From Octopus vulgaris (lineage: Eukaryota): a stretch of 64,000 bases of DNA. Positions 52,309 through 64,000 of this stretch are shown here, one piece after another; position 1 is the stretch's first letter, and each line of letters begins with the position of its first letter. The DNA is taken from the NCBI GenBank assembly GCA_951406725.2, contig OX597815.1:7936001-8000000 (forward strand). Direction: 5' to 3'. The translations under genes were made by a program, and so were the position numbers. The notes beneath the pieces are model-generated. The model was not told the origin of the DNA. It was given only the letters and a program-made list of their open reading frames with translations, and ran no database searches.

Positions 52309-54183
52309 AGGCGCAGGAGTGGCTGTGTGGTAAGAAGCTTGCTTCCAGTTAGTGTTCTTCATTGTACCATTGAAGTCGCCACGTTGGTGTGCAACGGACG
52401 AAAGTTGTATTGCAAGACGCTCTACTGTAAAGTAAGACCTTTTTTTCTCTTTGAGTCCAGTGGGATTCGTTGTCTGTAAGGTTTATTTTTGTACAAGCAA
52501 GGCGTCCTCACTGGATTCTGAGCTTTTGGTCTGCCTGCGGTAGAGACGTGTGTTTTTCTTAGCAGTGAGAACTGCTGTCTGGAGGCGTGTTTCGCCTCCA
52601 GATTAATTTAATTTGATAATTGAATTATTCTCATTTATTTTTGAGAACTGTGTTTGTTTGCCTGCGTGGAAGTTTTTTGGAAAAATAATTTCAAGGATTG
52701 AAAAAAGCTGTGAAGGCCAGGATTACCATGCGGCCGAAAAAAATATTTGTCTTTGCTGTATTTTGAACTCTCGGTCTCTTCTTCTGTCGTTTATTTGGAG
52801 AAAAAAACTGTATTGAACTGTTTATTTTTATTTTTTCTTTCCTTTTGTTAAGTCTTTCTTTTTTGTTTTTCTTTCTGTAGTATTTAAAAAATTTTTTGGA
52901 CTATATTTGGAACATTTTTGCACATGGCAAGGAACAAATTTGTTGAATGGGAGTTGACACATCCCAAAAAATGGCTTGAGGAGTTTGGGGACCTACTTCT
53001 AGTCCCTTGACACCATAGCCGTCTTCCAGAAAAAAGATAATTGAAAAAGACCAAGCAGACTATATGCTAGCTATTAAATATATCTCACGGGGGTTCAAAT
53101 ATGCAACGGTGTGGTTGCTGTTTGACTCTCCCGAAGAAGCTTGCGAATTCGCAAGCCAGCCCCTGGAGGGCAGGGAAATTTTGTTCCTTCCCACTTATTG
53201 TGGGAAGAAGTTGACGAGGGCTTGGGTCTGCGGTTTGCCACTCGGAATTGAGCCCGAGTGGATAGAGGATACTATCCGCCGGGGTCTGGGTGGCAGCAGT
53301 ACCAAGCTGTAAAAATTTTGCCTGCGGCTGATTGGAAGGGGTCAAAAGTTGTTTTTACCCTATGGACCCAATCAGCCGAAAATCTGTTTTTTCCAGAATT
53401 TTTTAAGGATGGTCGGGTCTAGATATCCGGTGATGCTTGAGGGACGCCCATCTCCAAGTGTCACTTGTGCCTGGAACCGGCCATATCAAGAAGAACTGCC
53501 CGAAGGACCAAAATAAGGTCCTGGAGCAGTTAATAGAAGCACCACTCCCTGCTCCCTCATTGGAGGGAGAGAAGGAGGAAGTCGAAGGGGTGGAAACCTC
53601 CTCGAAAAAAGGAAGAAAATGAAAGGTGGGCAAAAATAGTTGCCCACCGAAGGAACCGAGGACTGCGGGAGGAAGGGGGGATCTGCTGGACAAGGCGGAG
53701 GAACTCCATCCTCCCGTGGCTCAAAGGGAAAAAAGAAAATGGGACATCAGCTGCGGTTGGTGATACGCTGAGGCGTGTCCCGAAGCATCTTTGGTGGGAG
53801 TTGTGCCACCAAAGATGGAAACTGTACAGCCCCTCCGTGGTATGTAGGAGGAATTTGTGATCCTCTTCCATGAGGGCTATTGCCCTCATTTTTCACCATT
53901 TCATTTGTCATTCATATCATTATGTCCGTGTCCAGCCCGCAGCTTCCTTTCTGTGTAAGGCCTTGTGACCAATTGAATTAATAAAAGAAGCTTGCTTCCC
54001 CTCCACACGGCTCCGGATCCAGTCCCACTGCGTGGCACATTGGGCAAGTGTCATCTACTATATCCTCTGACAGACTGAAACCTTGTGATTAGATTTGGTA
54101 GACGGAAACTGAAAAAACCCTTTAAAGCTGTGCTCCAGCATGGCCACAGTAAAATGACTGAAACAAGTAAAAGAATAAAAGAA
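52309..54183 (+). mobile_element. SINE family B split by a 1.64-kb insertion (SINE parts 52309-52346 and 53985-54183)
   Basis: Head GGCGCAGGAGTGGCTGTGTGGTAAGAAGCTTGCTTCC resumes after the insert. Confidence 0.88.
52347..53984 (+). mobile_element. ORF1-only L1/Tx1-like non-autonomous retrotransposon (HAL1-like), ORF disrupted
   Basis: 15-bp TSD AAGAAGCTTGCTTCC; ~580-bp leader; broken ORF from ~52925 with KYISRGFKYATV..PTYCGKKLTRAWVCGLPLGIEPEW and a frameshifted zinc knuckle KCHLC..GHIKKNCP; no endonuclease or RT; ends AATAAAA. Confidence 0.72.
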
Positions 54184-54299
54184 TATGTATTAATGTATAT
54201 CGATGTTGAGAGGCAACTGTGCTGAAGTATTTGTCTTGAGATAACATTTCTCATGAACATGCTGTTTTAAAAGCATAATATAAACCAGAGGGAGAGAGT

Positions 54300-54331
<32 letters not shown>

Positions 54332-54899
54332 AAGAAAGAGAAAGAGAGGGGGAAATTACGAGAATACGTTCCAGCGGCCAGATGAGAGCGCCAAATGCTT
54401 TTCAGTCTTTTGAGCCTTCTCTATGGCGCATAATCACAGCTAGCTTCATGCTCGAACGAGAATTCATCTCTGATATAGGCAAAAGTGGGGCGTCTCGCTG
54501 GCTGCCGCTGGGATAAATTTTCGTTTCTCTCTAATATTTATTATGTGTTTTAACACAGCAATCCATGAATTATACTATCTCAGGACAAATACTGTAGCAA
54601 CTGGCCTATCGACATTGTGATTATATTAAGTATGATAAGGCTATTTTAATTAAATGCTGCCTCAATTGCCTATACCGGATTTATAATCAGCCCGGCTGGC
54701 TGTTTACAACATCAGTGAATGTTTCTTTCACTTTTTCTTATATCAGAGATAACGAGTACACCGAATAAAAAAAGGCCCAAAATGGCCGAAATGCTTCGGG
54801 TATTTTTGCTGGCTGCTGCTGCTGCTGCTGCTGCTGGTACGAATTTTCGTCTCTCTTTGATATTTATTGTTTTAACACAGCAAGTCCATAAGAGATGTT

Positions 54900-55152
54900 G
54901 CACAAGTCCCTTAACCCCTGGTGGGGGTGGGGGTATTGTTGGGACACTGCAGCCACGCAGCGTATCTTGGACTGGAAAACCTGGCGGAATCCCTCCCTCT
55001 CCAGGCGAAATTCATTTCTACAACTGAGTGGACTGGAGTAACGTGAAATGAAGCCATTTTGCTCAAAAACACAACGCATCGCCTGGTCCAGGAATCAAAA
55101 CCACAATCTCACGATAGTCAGCCTACCGCACTAATCACAAAACCACGCATCT
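54900..55152 (-). mobile_element. Degenerate SINE family D related copy
   Basis: TCATTTCTACAACTGAGTGGACTGGAGTAACGTGAAATGAAG..TTGCTCAA shared with 16135-16447. Confidence 0.72.
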
Positions 55153-55399
55153 ACAGTAAGTGATGTTACCTCAAGACAAATCCTTCTGTAAATGGCCTAT
55201 CTACAGTGTGTGCACATTGAGTATGATACATAGATGACTATTTTAATTAAATACTGATTCCATTGCGTATATCGGATTACAGACCATTTGTCATAATAAA
55301 CTACTGAAAATATCTTGTTACATTTTTCGCTGATTTCTTACCTTTACTTCGTCCATTTTTACCTTTACCTAAAACCTTGCGGCATCCCTCAGATTCCAG

Positions 55400-55870
55400 T
55401 TCACGAACGTGTAGTTTATATACGCAAATCAAGAGGAAATAGTTTAAAAGAATTAAATTAATTACAGCAGTTAATCTCAATGTCAATAGAATTATCTCGT
55501 GTTGGAATTGGTAATACAGGAATTTAAATATCTTTGCATTTATTACCAACCTGATTTCTTAGTCAATTGCTTTTCGGGCTTCCATCTCTCCTTTTCTATC
55601 TCTCTCATCTATCCATGTCTTTATCCATTTTTTTTTGTATGTGTGTATTTATTTCACCTTCCTTTATTTCGCCATTCCTTCGTTTCTTACTTTCACCGCT
55701 TCTTTCTTTCTAGTTTCTTTTCTTACCCTCCCTCCTTCCTTACATCTTCTTTCTCTCCCTTCTTTACTCTATTATTTTCACTCCACCTCCATATCTCCAT
55801 ATCTGTCTTCATTTCTTTCTTCTCTTTCCTTCCCAAATCTCTTACCTTTTTCTGTGCTTTAAAATGTCTT
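55400..55870. repeat. Unclassified dispersed block homologous (inverted) to 16750-17215
   Basis: See 16750-17215. Confidence 0.8.
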
Positions 55871-55937
55871 ATACCTCTCTCTCTCTCTCTCTCTGCTCTT
55901 TCATTTTTCTTTGGTGTACACTATGCTAATTTTCATA

Positions 55938-55980
<43 letters not shown>

Positions 55981-55981
<1 letters not shown>

Positions 55982-56205
55982 TACTACGCTCAAGGGGCTA
56001 AACACGGAGGGGACAAACAAGGAGAGACAAACGGATTAAGTCGATTACATCGACCCCAGTGCGTAACTGGTACTTAATTTATCGACCCCGAAAGGATGAA
56101 AGGCAAAGTCGACCTCGGCGGAATTTGAACTCAGAACGTAACGACAGACGAAATACGGCTACGCATTTCGCCCGGCGTGCTAACGTTTCTGCCAGCTCGC
56201 TGCCT
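55981..56205 (-). mobile_element. SINE family A
   Basis: Consensus match. Confidence 0.9.
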
Positions 56206-56361
56206 TCAACACACACCCACACACACACATGCACACACACACACGCACACACACACACATATATATATACACCATCAAAAACTGTCTTATACTCAATACG
56301 CTTACGTTTATTAAAAATGTCCCCTTCCTTCATGTGGATATATGTATCTGTGTGTATTTGT

Positions 56362-56449
<88 letters not shown>

Positions 56450-56869
56450 GTGTGTGTGTGTGGTGATTCATGGCTCTCATCTGAATTTCCAAAATTTTAT
56501 CTTTTCAAGAACATGCGGAATTGACGGTCGTTCTACAAACGAAGACCATTGCTGTGTAATGCTTTGCCAATTGTTTTCCTTTCCGTTTATTGTCCATCGT
56601 TACGAAGACATAAAACGAAAATCGCTCTCAAATGTAATCTTCGTAGCTTCCGTATATTCTAAGATACGAGAGTGGACAGTAACAATTTAACAAGAAGATT
56701 TGATAGCAGTGATTGTAATTGTCGTTGGCTGAACAGGATAGGTCGGATGGATAACGGTGTTTGTGTACAGCAGGACTTATTTAAGAGATTAACAAAAGAT
56801 GTGAAATGGTATAAAAATAAAATGGCCACAACAAAGCACGGAATTAAAGATAAAACTTGAAGAAAGTAT

Positions 56870-57553
56870 TTATTTATTGTCATCATTTTTTTCTTTCGAA
56901 GTTGGATCTTCCAGATATGTATTTTGCCAACCACGGATGCATTCTTCCATTTGGTTATTCAAACTTCGAAGTTGGTTGTTTAAATTCTCGTAGTGTTGCT
57001 CGTCTGATAAACATAAGTCCGTTTTCCTATAGGTATGCACACCATCTGCGGGTTCCGTGGTTTCGGAGCTCATTGTTCTAAATGAAGAGAATCTTTTTTC
57101 GTAAACCTGGTTTTTCGCATGCACATCTTTAAATTCCTCTTTCAGCATTTTGTATTCGTCTTCCATTTGCTTATATTTCTGGTTTTCTTGAAGCAACTTA
57201 GCGTATTTTTCCTTCAAGTCTTTAATTTCTTTATCACTATATTGTTTGTGTCTTTCTTGGGCTTCCTTTAAGCTGTTTAATTCTGCTTCTATAATCTGAC
57301 ATTTCTCCTCTTTCTCTCCCAAAGCCGAAGCTAACTCTTCTTTTTCTGCATCGATTTTTTCCATTTTCATCGAAAGTCGTTTATTATCTTCAAGTTCTGA
57401 GGCCAGTTTTGCTTGCAATTGTTCTAAAGTGGAATAAATATTTTTTTCTAGTTTTGTCAGAAAAACTTTGTTTTCTTTTATATTCCTTAAATCTTGTTGT
57501 CGTTTTTCTTTGTCTTCGTTTATTCTGGCCATCAATAATTCAGGAGTCTCCAT
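56870..57553 (-). CDS. Uncharacterised coiled-coil protein (227 aa ORF; exon or single-exon gene)
   Basis: Non-repetitive 684-bp ATG-started ORF in AT-rich DNA, E/K/L/Q-rich with heptad-like leucine spacing; polypyrimidine tract and AG ~100 bp upstream (~57656). Confidence 0.6.
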   Translation of the reverse strand: METPELLMARINEDKEKRQQDLRNIKENKVFLTKLEKNIYSTLEQLQAKLASELEDNKRLSMKMEKIDAEKEELASALGEKEEKCQIIEAELNSLKEAQERHKQYSDKEIKDLKEKYAKLLQENQKYKQMEDEYKMLKEEFKDVHAKNQVYEKRFSSFRTMSSETTEPADGVHTYRKTDLCLSDEQHYENLNNQLRSLNNQMEECIRGWQNTYLEDPTSKEKNDDNK

Positions 57554-58322
57554 CTTGTTTGTTCTTCTTTCAGATCAAATAATATATATATTTTTTTCCT
57601 TATTTTCTTTTCTTTGGGAATTCAGTTTTATCTCTTTCCGTTTTGTATTTGATCTCTTCAGGAGAGTTAAAGAAATAGAGATGTATACAGAAACTAACAT
57701 GCACTATTATACACAAACATACACATGGTGTAACACATGTATATATGCGATTGTGTGTGCATGAGTGTAATGTATATATCTATGACATTATATATATATG
57801 TTAGAGAGTATGTATGTCATTACAATGTACCATACACACACCACACACATACATATGTATGTATTTATATGTCTATGATTATGTATGTATTTATATGTCT
57901 ATGCTTATGTATGTATTTATATGTATAGGCGCAGTTTAGCATACAAACATTAATATTTATACAAATTTACATACGTATATAAATATGTAAAGATTTATGT
58001 ACAATTTATTGAACCTATGAAAGTTATATGCGTATTTATCGGATCGTACATACACATATTTATGTCTACATTTCTCTCTCTCCCTCTCTCTCTAGCTATC
58101 TCTATCTATCTCTATCTCTCTATCTCTATCTCTCATTCTCTATCTCTCATTCTCTATCTCTCATTCTCTCTCTAATACAAACACACACACACAGAGCGAA
58201 AGAAAGAGAGACAGACAGAGAACCGAGAGATCAAAGCAGAGAGAAATGGGTAGGTCGAAAATGTAAGAGCGAAAGACAGAGAAATAGCCTGAGAAATACA
58301 TATATGTGTGTGTAATTTATAT

Positions 58323-58570
<248 letters not shown>

Positions 58571-58925
58571 CAAATATGTCATTATTACGTATATTGACAA
58601 GAAATGACGTTAGCAGTAAGAATCTGAAAATAAAATAGAAACAACAGATGCAACCACACCAGCGCCGCCGCCGCTACCAACAACAGCAACAACAAATCGA
58701 ATACGGACACTTTTCGAATCGTCATCATCATCATCATCATCATCACCAGGAACAACTAAAACTACAACAACAAAGGAAACAAAACAACAAAAAACAGCAA
58801 AAATAGCCAGGAAATGTCCATTTGATAGAATAGATACTGAAGATAATGAAGTACACTTTAGTTAGAGCAGATATTTCTAGGAATCTCAGAGGGACTATAT
58901 TTGTGTGTGCGGGCATGCGTGCGTG

Positions 58926-58991
<66 letters not shown>

Positions 58992-59041
58992 TGTGTGTGT
59001 ATGCGTGTGTGTGTGCATTTATGTGCAAAAGAACGTGCGTG

Positions 59042-59086
<45 letters not shown>

Positions 59087-59480
59087 AGAGTGGCTATGTG
59101 GTAAGTAGCTTGTTTACCAACCATGGTTCCGGGTTCAGTCCCACTGCGTGGCACCTAGGGCAAGTGTTTTCTGTTATAGCCTCGGGCCGACCAAAGCCTT
59201 GTGAGTGGATTTGGTAGACGGAAACTGAAAGAAGCCCGTCGTGTGTGTTTGTGTATGTGTGGCTGTGAGTGTTTGTGTGTTTATGTTTATCCTCCCGGCA
59301 TCGCTTGACAACCGATGCTGGTATGTTTACGTCACTGTAACTTAGCGTTTCGGCTAACGTGACCAATAGAATAAGTTCTAGGCTTAAAAAGAATAAGTTC
59401 TGGAACCGATTTGGTCGATTAAAGGCGTTGCCCCAGCATGGCCGCAGTCAAATGACTGAAACAAGTAAAAGTATAAAAGG
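59087..59480 (+). mobile_element. SINE family B
   Basis: Consensus match. Confidence 0.9.
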
Positions 59481-59551
<71 letters not shown>

Positions 59552-59555
59552 TCAC

Positions 59556-59616
<61 letters not shown>

Positions 59617-60109
59617 CAGACAGACATCAATGCAGACATATACGGAGGCACACTATCTTTTTCCTTAAACGGCATGTGAATTCTGGAGATTACCTGATTC
59701 ATGAGATTATCCATTCTTCCAATTTGAAATCGGTCGCAATTACCAGCAGCCATTCATTTGCTTTTCTTGAATCGAAAATAAATTTTTTAAAATCAAGAGT
59801 CCATCTTGTGCGTTATTTAATATATCTTTATTCTTCTTTGCTGTCTAAATTTATATCAACGATCACCCTGAATTATTTTTCTAAAAATATAAATCTATTT
59901 CTAACATTTCAAATTATCCACCTAAAATTGCTTTGTAAGGAATTTCGAAAGAATTAATCACCTTGCTAGTACTTGCACTGTTAGGCTCATTAGACAAACC
60001 AATTTTGCTGAGACCTTGGTTTCTATACGTTATAAATAACTATAAAATACAAACCTTTCTTAAGGCTAAACATGGGTATTCTGCTTTCATAATAGTGTTA
60101 AAAAAAAGG

Positions 60110-60263
60110 GGGCGCAGGCGTAGTAAGAAGCTTGCTTTCCAACCTCATTGTTCTGGGTTCAATCCCACTGCGTGGCACTTTGGACAAGTGTGTTTTACCA
60201 TAGCCTCGGGCCAAGAAAAAACTTGAGTGCGGATTTAGTAGACGGAAATTGAAAGAAGCCCGT
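60110..60263 (+). mobile_element. SINE family B 5' half, degenerate
   Basis: Head and core motifs. Confidence 0.82.
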
Positions 60264-60265
60264 TA

Positions 60266-60281
<16 letters not shown>

Positions 60282-60303
<22 letters not shown>

Positions 60304-60574
60304 GTTTCAGGTCAGAGCTGCAGCCATGCTGATGCACCGCCGTTTTGTGCTACACTGTTATTACGACTAACCTCGTCTAATATGTGGCACTTGGTGAAGA
60401 ATGGAGTTTGATACAGCTACTCTCATTTGCACCTCTTGCCGTGAGGTAGGTTCATCTGGGACTCTTGACAGGAAGATGTCCAGCTTTGATTTAAAAACCG
60501 CTACATCTACTTTGTGCAAGTACCTCAGACTCTTTGGGAGAATATTAAAAAGCTGTGGGCCCTTGAAACCCAGG

Positions 60575-60575
<1 letters not shown>
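60282..60575 (-). mobile_element. 3' end of a CR1/L2-group LINE with an A tail
   Basis: LGFKGPQLFNILPKSLRYLHKVDVAVFKSKLDIFLSRVPDEP..SNSILHQ*, short 3' UTR, poly(A). Confidence 0.8.
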
Positions 60576-60609
<34 letters not shown>

Positions 60610-60659
60610 GGATAATGGAACTGCAACTAAATATCTTTATATTTTTATTTCTACATTCA

Positions 60660-61144
60660 TTCTCCTGCAGTCTTAAAATCATTTGGACGGAGAAAATATG
60701 AATTCCGTAGACGAGGTCAGAACAGTACGGGAGGAGTATTTTACGGAACGGATAAGTGAATTTTGGAAGAGGGGCCTTGCAGGTCTAGCAGATATATGGA
60801 AGAGCATTGTAGAAAATGAAAGAGAGTATTAATTACGTTTATATATTTGTCTTGCAAAATTTTTGATGTGAAATCGTGTGTTGAAACAGATAGTGTTGTA
60901 TTTAGGAATGGTCATTTTTCCAGTTTAGCCAATAAAAACACGCACTATATATTTGGTAATATTAATGTAAAAAATAAATAACGCTGAAGCAAAGTAACAC
61001 CAAATATACAGTGCGTGTGTTTTTATTGGCTAAACTGGCAGAAGGAGAGTATATTTTAGATTTAAAAAGAACTGTGTTTATCTTGATTTTGAAAAATAAA
61101 TGAAATATAAAAAAAACTGCATTATTTATGGGATCACCCAATAT
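60660..61144 (+). mobile_element. Mariner 3' fragment with right TIR, interrupted by a ~210-bp insert
   Basis: NHLDGENMNSVDEVRT..EFWKRGLAGLADIWKSIVENEREY; TIR GCATTATTTATGGGATCACCCAATA. Confidence 0.78.
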
Positions 61145-61467
61145 AATCAATTACTGGCACATTATCAGTGTTAGGTTTTAGAATATATTTCTTGATACAT
61201 AACCACACTACGTAAAAAGGTGTAAAGTCCTTGTCTGCTGATAACATATCTGCATGTAGAGAAAAATGTAGAACAAGTGGATAGATTTCAGTCCTTATGC
61301 AGGGATTTCCTCACCGACTGCTCCTTAATCTCTTTAACCGTTCATGAACGAACTGCTTATAAATGAACTATTACTAAGGGTTTATATTGGTTAGAGCGAT
61401 TTCTTGTTCCTATTTTACTGACCATGACTATATTTTATATAAAAGCAGTGCTTACGTCTGTCTAAAG

Positions 61468-61640
61468 CAATGCTCCGCAATCAGTATGCCGCAGCATGAG
61501 ACGATGTTAGGTGTGCCGCAATGTAACTTCAATATAATTTTCTTCCCGATACTTTTAGTTATATATTTAGTTCCGGTGTGCCGCCGATTTTTGTAAACAA
61601 TATAAGTGTGCTGCAAGGGCAAAAAGGTAGCGGAGCACTG
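61468..61640. mobile_element. hAT (Charlie-like) MITE
   Basis: TIRs CAATGCTCCGCAA / TAGCGGAGCACTG, repeated GTGTGCCGC subterminal motifs, imperfect 8-bp flanks GTCTAAAG/GTCTATAT. Confidence 0.65.
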
Positions 61641-61651
61641 GTCTATATATA

Positions 61652-62070
61652 CATTTCTTTGCTGCCCACAAGGGGCTAAACATAGAGGGGACAAACAAGG
61701 ACAGACAAACGGATTAAGTCGATTACATCGACCCCAGTGCGTAACTAGTACTTAATTTATCGACCCCGAAAGGAGGAAAGGCAAAGTCGACCTCGGCGGA
61801 ATTTGAACTCAAAACATAACGGCAGACGAAATACGTATTTCTTTACTACCCACAAGGGGCTAAACACAGAGAGGACAAACAAGGACAGACAAACGGATTA
61901 AGTCGATTACATCGACCCCAGTGCGGCGTAACTGGTACTTAATTTAACGACCCCGAAATGATGAAAGGCAAAGTCGACCTCGGCGGAATTTGAACTCAGA
62001 ACGTAACGGCAGACTAAATACAGCTAAGTATTTCGCCCGGCGTGCTAACGATTCTGCCAGCTCACCGCCT
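61652..62070 (-). mobile_element. SINE family A dimer
   Basis: Second unit restarts at GTATTTCGTCTG (~61835). Confidence 0.92.
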
Positions 62071-62639
62071 TCTGGACTATATATATACAGTATTGGCTAA
62101 AATCTACAGATCTATTCTGGAGCACAGTACAGAATATTCGTATATGCTTGTAAATGCATAACAATTATGTGAATGTGCGCGCGTGTTTGGGAAAGCGTTT
62201 ACAAATGTGAATGGGTGTGTGTGTCGGGATAGGGGTGGTGGTCATATGTGTCTGCAAATGTAATTGCGTGAAACTGTGTGCGCGCATGCGTCTTTTTTGT
62301 AGGCATCTCTTTATCTCTTTTAATTTGGTTTGTTTTGGAGCCGGGGTCGATGTACACAGCCGCCTGTGTATCTGTTTATTTGTCACTTGTATTTCTGTAT
62401 TTCTGTGTGTGATTATGTCCACCAGCCGAGTTTCTGTAGGTCGGTGTGTGTATATATATATATATGCATGCATCTCTGTATACGTGGGTGTGCATCAGTA
62501 TGTGTGTGTGTGTGTGTGTGTCCGGTGTAGGTTTGTTTCGATGAAATTCTGTACACAGCTGTCGAAGTTTCAATCGCTGCACATGTTTCCACATCACTCA
62601 CTGCTCCTGGTACGATACCCAGTTTTATAGAGTGGCGTA

Positions 62640-63285
62640 ATAGTGGTGGTGGTGGTGGTGGTGGTGGTGGTTATGGTGGTGATTATGGTGGTGGCGGCGA
62701 TAGAGTTGATGGTAGCAATGGTGGGGTGTAATGGTGAGGTATAGCGACTCTTGTGATGATGGTTGATGTGTTAGTGATGGTGGTGGTGGTGGTGGTGTTT
62801 GTGGTAGTGGTGGTGGTGATGGTGGTAGGGGATGGATGGTGGTGGTGGATTGGTGGCGGCGGTGATGGTGGTGGCGGTGGTGGTGTTGGCGGTGGTGGTC
62901 GTCGTGGTGGTGGTGGCGGTGGTGGTGGTGGTGGCGGCGGTGATGGTGGTGGCGGTGGTGGTAGTGGCGGCGGTGATGGCGATGGTGGTGGCGGTGGTGG
63001 TGGTGGTGGCGGCGGCGGCGGCGGCGGCGGTGGTTATGGTTGTGGTTATGGTGGTGGCGGCGATAGAGTTGATGGTAGCAATGGTGCGGTGTAATGGTGA
63101 GGTATAGCGACTATTGTGATGATGGTTGATGTCTTAGTGATGGGTGTGGTGGTGGTGATGGTGTTGGTGGTGGTGTTGGTGGTGGTGGTGTTGGTGGTGG
63201 TGGTAGTGGTGGTGGTGGTGGTGGTTGTGGTGGTGGTGGTGGTTGTGGTTGTGGTGGTGGCGGTAGTGGATTGGTGGTGGCGAAG
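62640..63285. repeat. (GGT/GGC)n array with a duplicated ~90-bp spacer at ~363-bp period
   Basis: GGCGATAGAGTTGATGGTAGCAATGGTG..GGTATAGCGACT at ~62696 and ~63059. Confidence 0.9.
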
Positions 63286-63640
63286 TCGGTGGCTGCGATT
63301 GACATGGCTTTCGGATGATTCTGGTGATGATAATGCTGTTGCTGTTGGTGATGGTGATGATGTTGGGGTGGGGTGGGGTATTTTTTGCTGCAAGGGTAAA
63401 AGGGGGAACGGAGTTAGGAAAGAACCGACGAAGTCAAAAACAGTGGCAACAGAGAAAGAAAGAGCAAGAGAGAGAGAGAGGGAAAGAGAAGAAATGAGTA
63501 AAAAGATGTTGACGATGATGATGGTGGTGGTGGTAGTGATGGTGGAGGGGTGAGGGCGGCGTAGGTGGCGACGAAAGCGTCGGCGGCGATGGTGGTAAAG
63601 GTAATAAGGTAGACTGGAAATCTAGAAGATGGTAGGCAAA

Positions 63641-63678
63641 AGTAGCAGCAGTAGTAGTAGTAGTAGTAGTAGTAGTAA

Positions 63679-63737
<59 letters not shown>

Positions 63738-63943
63738 TTGGTGGAGGTGGTGGTGGTGGTGGTGTTGGTGGAGGTGGTGGTGGTGGTGGTGGTGGTTTTG
63801 GCGGTGGTGGTAGTTGTGGTGGTGGTGGTGGTGGTGGTAGTAGTAATAGTAGTGGTGGTGGTGGTGGTGGTTATGGTGGTGGTTATGGTAGTAGTAGTGG
63901 CGGTGGTGGTAGTAGTAATGGTGGTGGTGGTGGTGGTGGTGGT

Positions 63944-63980
<37 letters not shown>
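63641..63980. repeat. (AGT)n/(GGT)n array
   Basis: Direct reading. Confidence 0.93.
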
Positions 63981-63981
<1 letters not shown>

Positions 63982-64000
63982 AGAGGATTAAGAAGAGGAT

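Noticed and set aside
62753-63949. Glycine-rich protein ORFs
   Set aside because: Derived from (GGT)n/(AGT)n arrays with no non-repeat coding context

Overview
Eukaryotic, AT-rich, extremely repeat-dense DNA. The SINE families, long (TATG)n/(TA)n/(GT)n arrays and TE content fit a coleoid cephalopod, most likely Octopus (inference from recognition, not a database hit). Almost all ORFs in the track are microsatellite artefacts. Supported content: one non-repeat coiled-coil ORF (56870-57553, minus); four tRNA-headed SINE families (labelled A-D here); LINE fragments (R4/Dong with restriction-like endonuclease, L1/Tx1, RTE-BovB-like, two RTE-type 3' ends, a CR1/L2-group 3' end); a full-length ORF1-only L1-like element inserted in a SINE; a decayed Gypsy pol; a decayed Penelope-like RT/GIY-YIG ORF; two mariner remnants, a DD37D-like Tc1/mariner, a hAT MITE and six non-autonomous Helitrons. 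Most interesting signals: (1) a cluster of hammerhead-ribozyme motifs in (TA)n tracts at 34.4-39.0 kb, including an intact type I hammerhead whose predicted cleavage site coincides with an inverted-repeat boundary, plus a perfect 152-bp palindrome; (2) SINE-A concatemers whose 3' junctions read into the next unit, suggesting a tandem or circular RNA template; (3) a HAL1-like element; (4) a Helitron flanked by a 76-bp duplication; (5) a coiled-coil ORF one base away from gaining a transmembrane tail. Coordinates were read by eye and may be off by a few bases.
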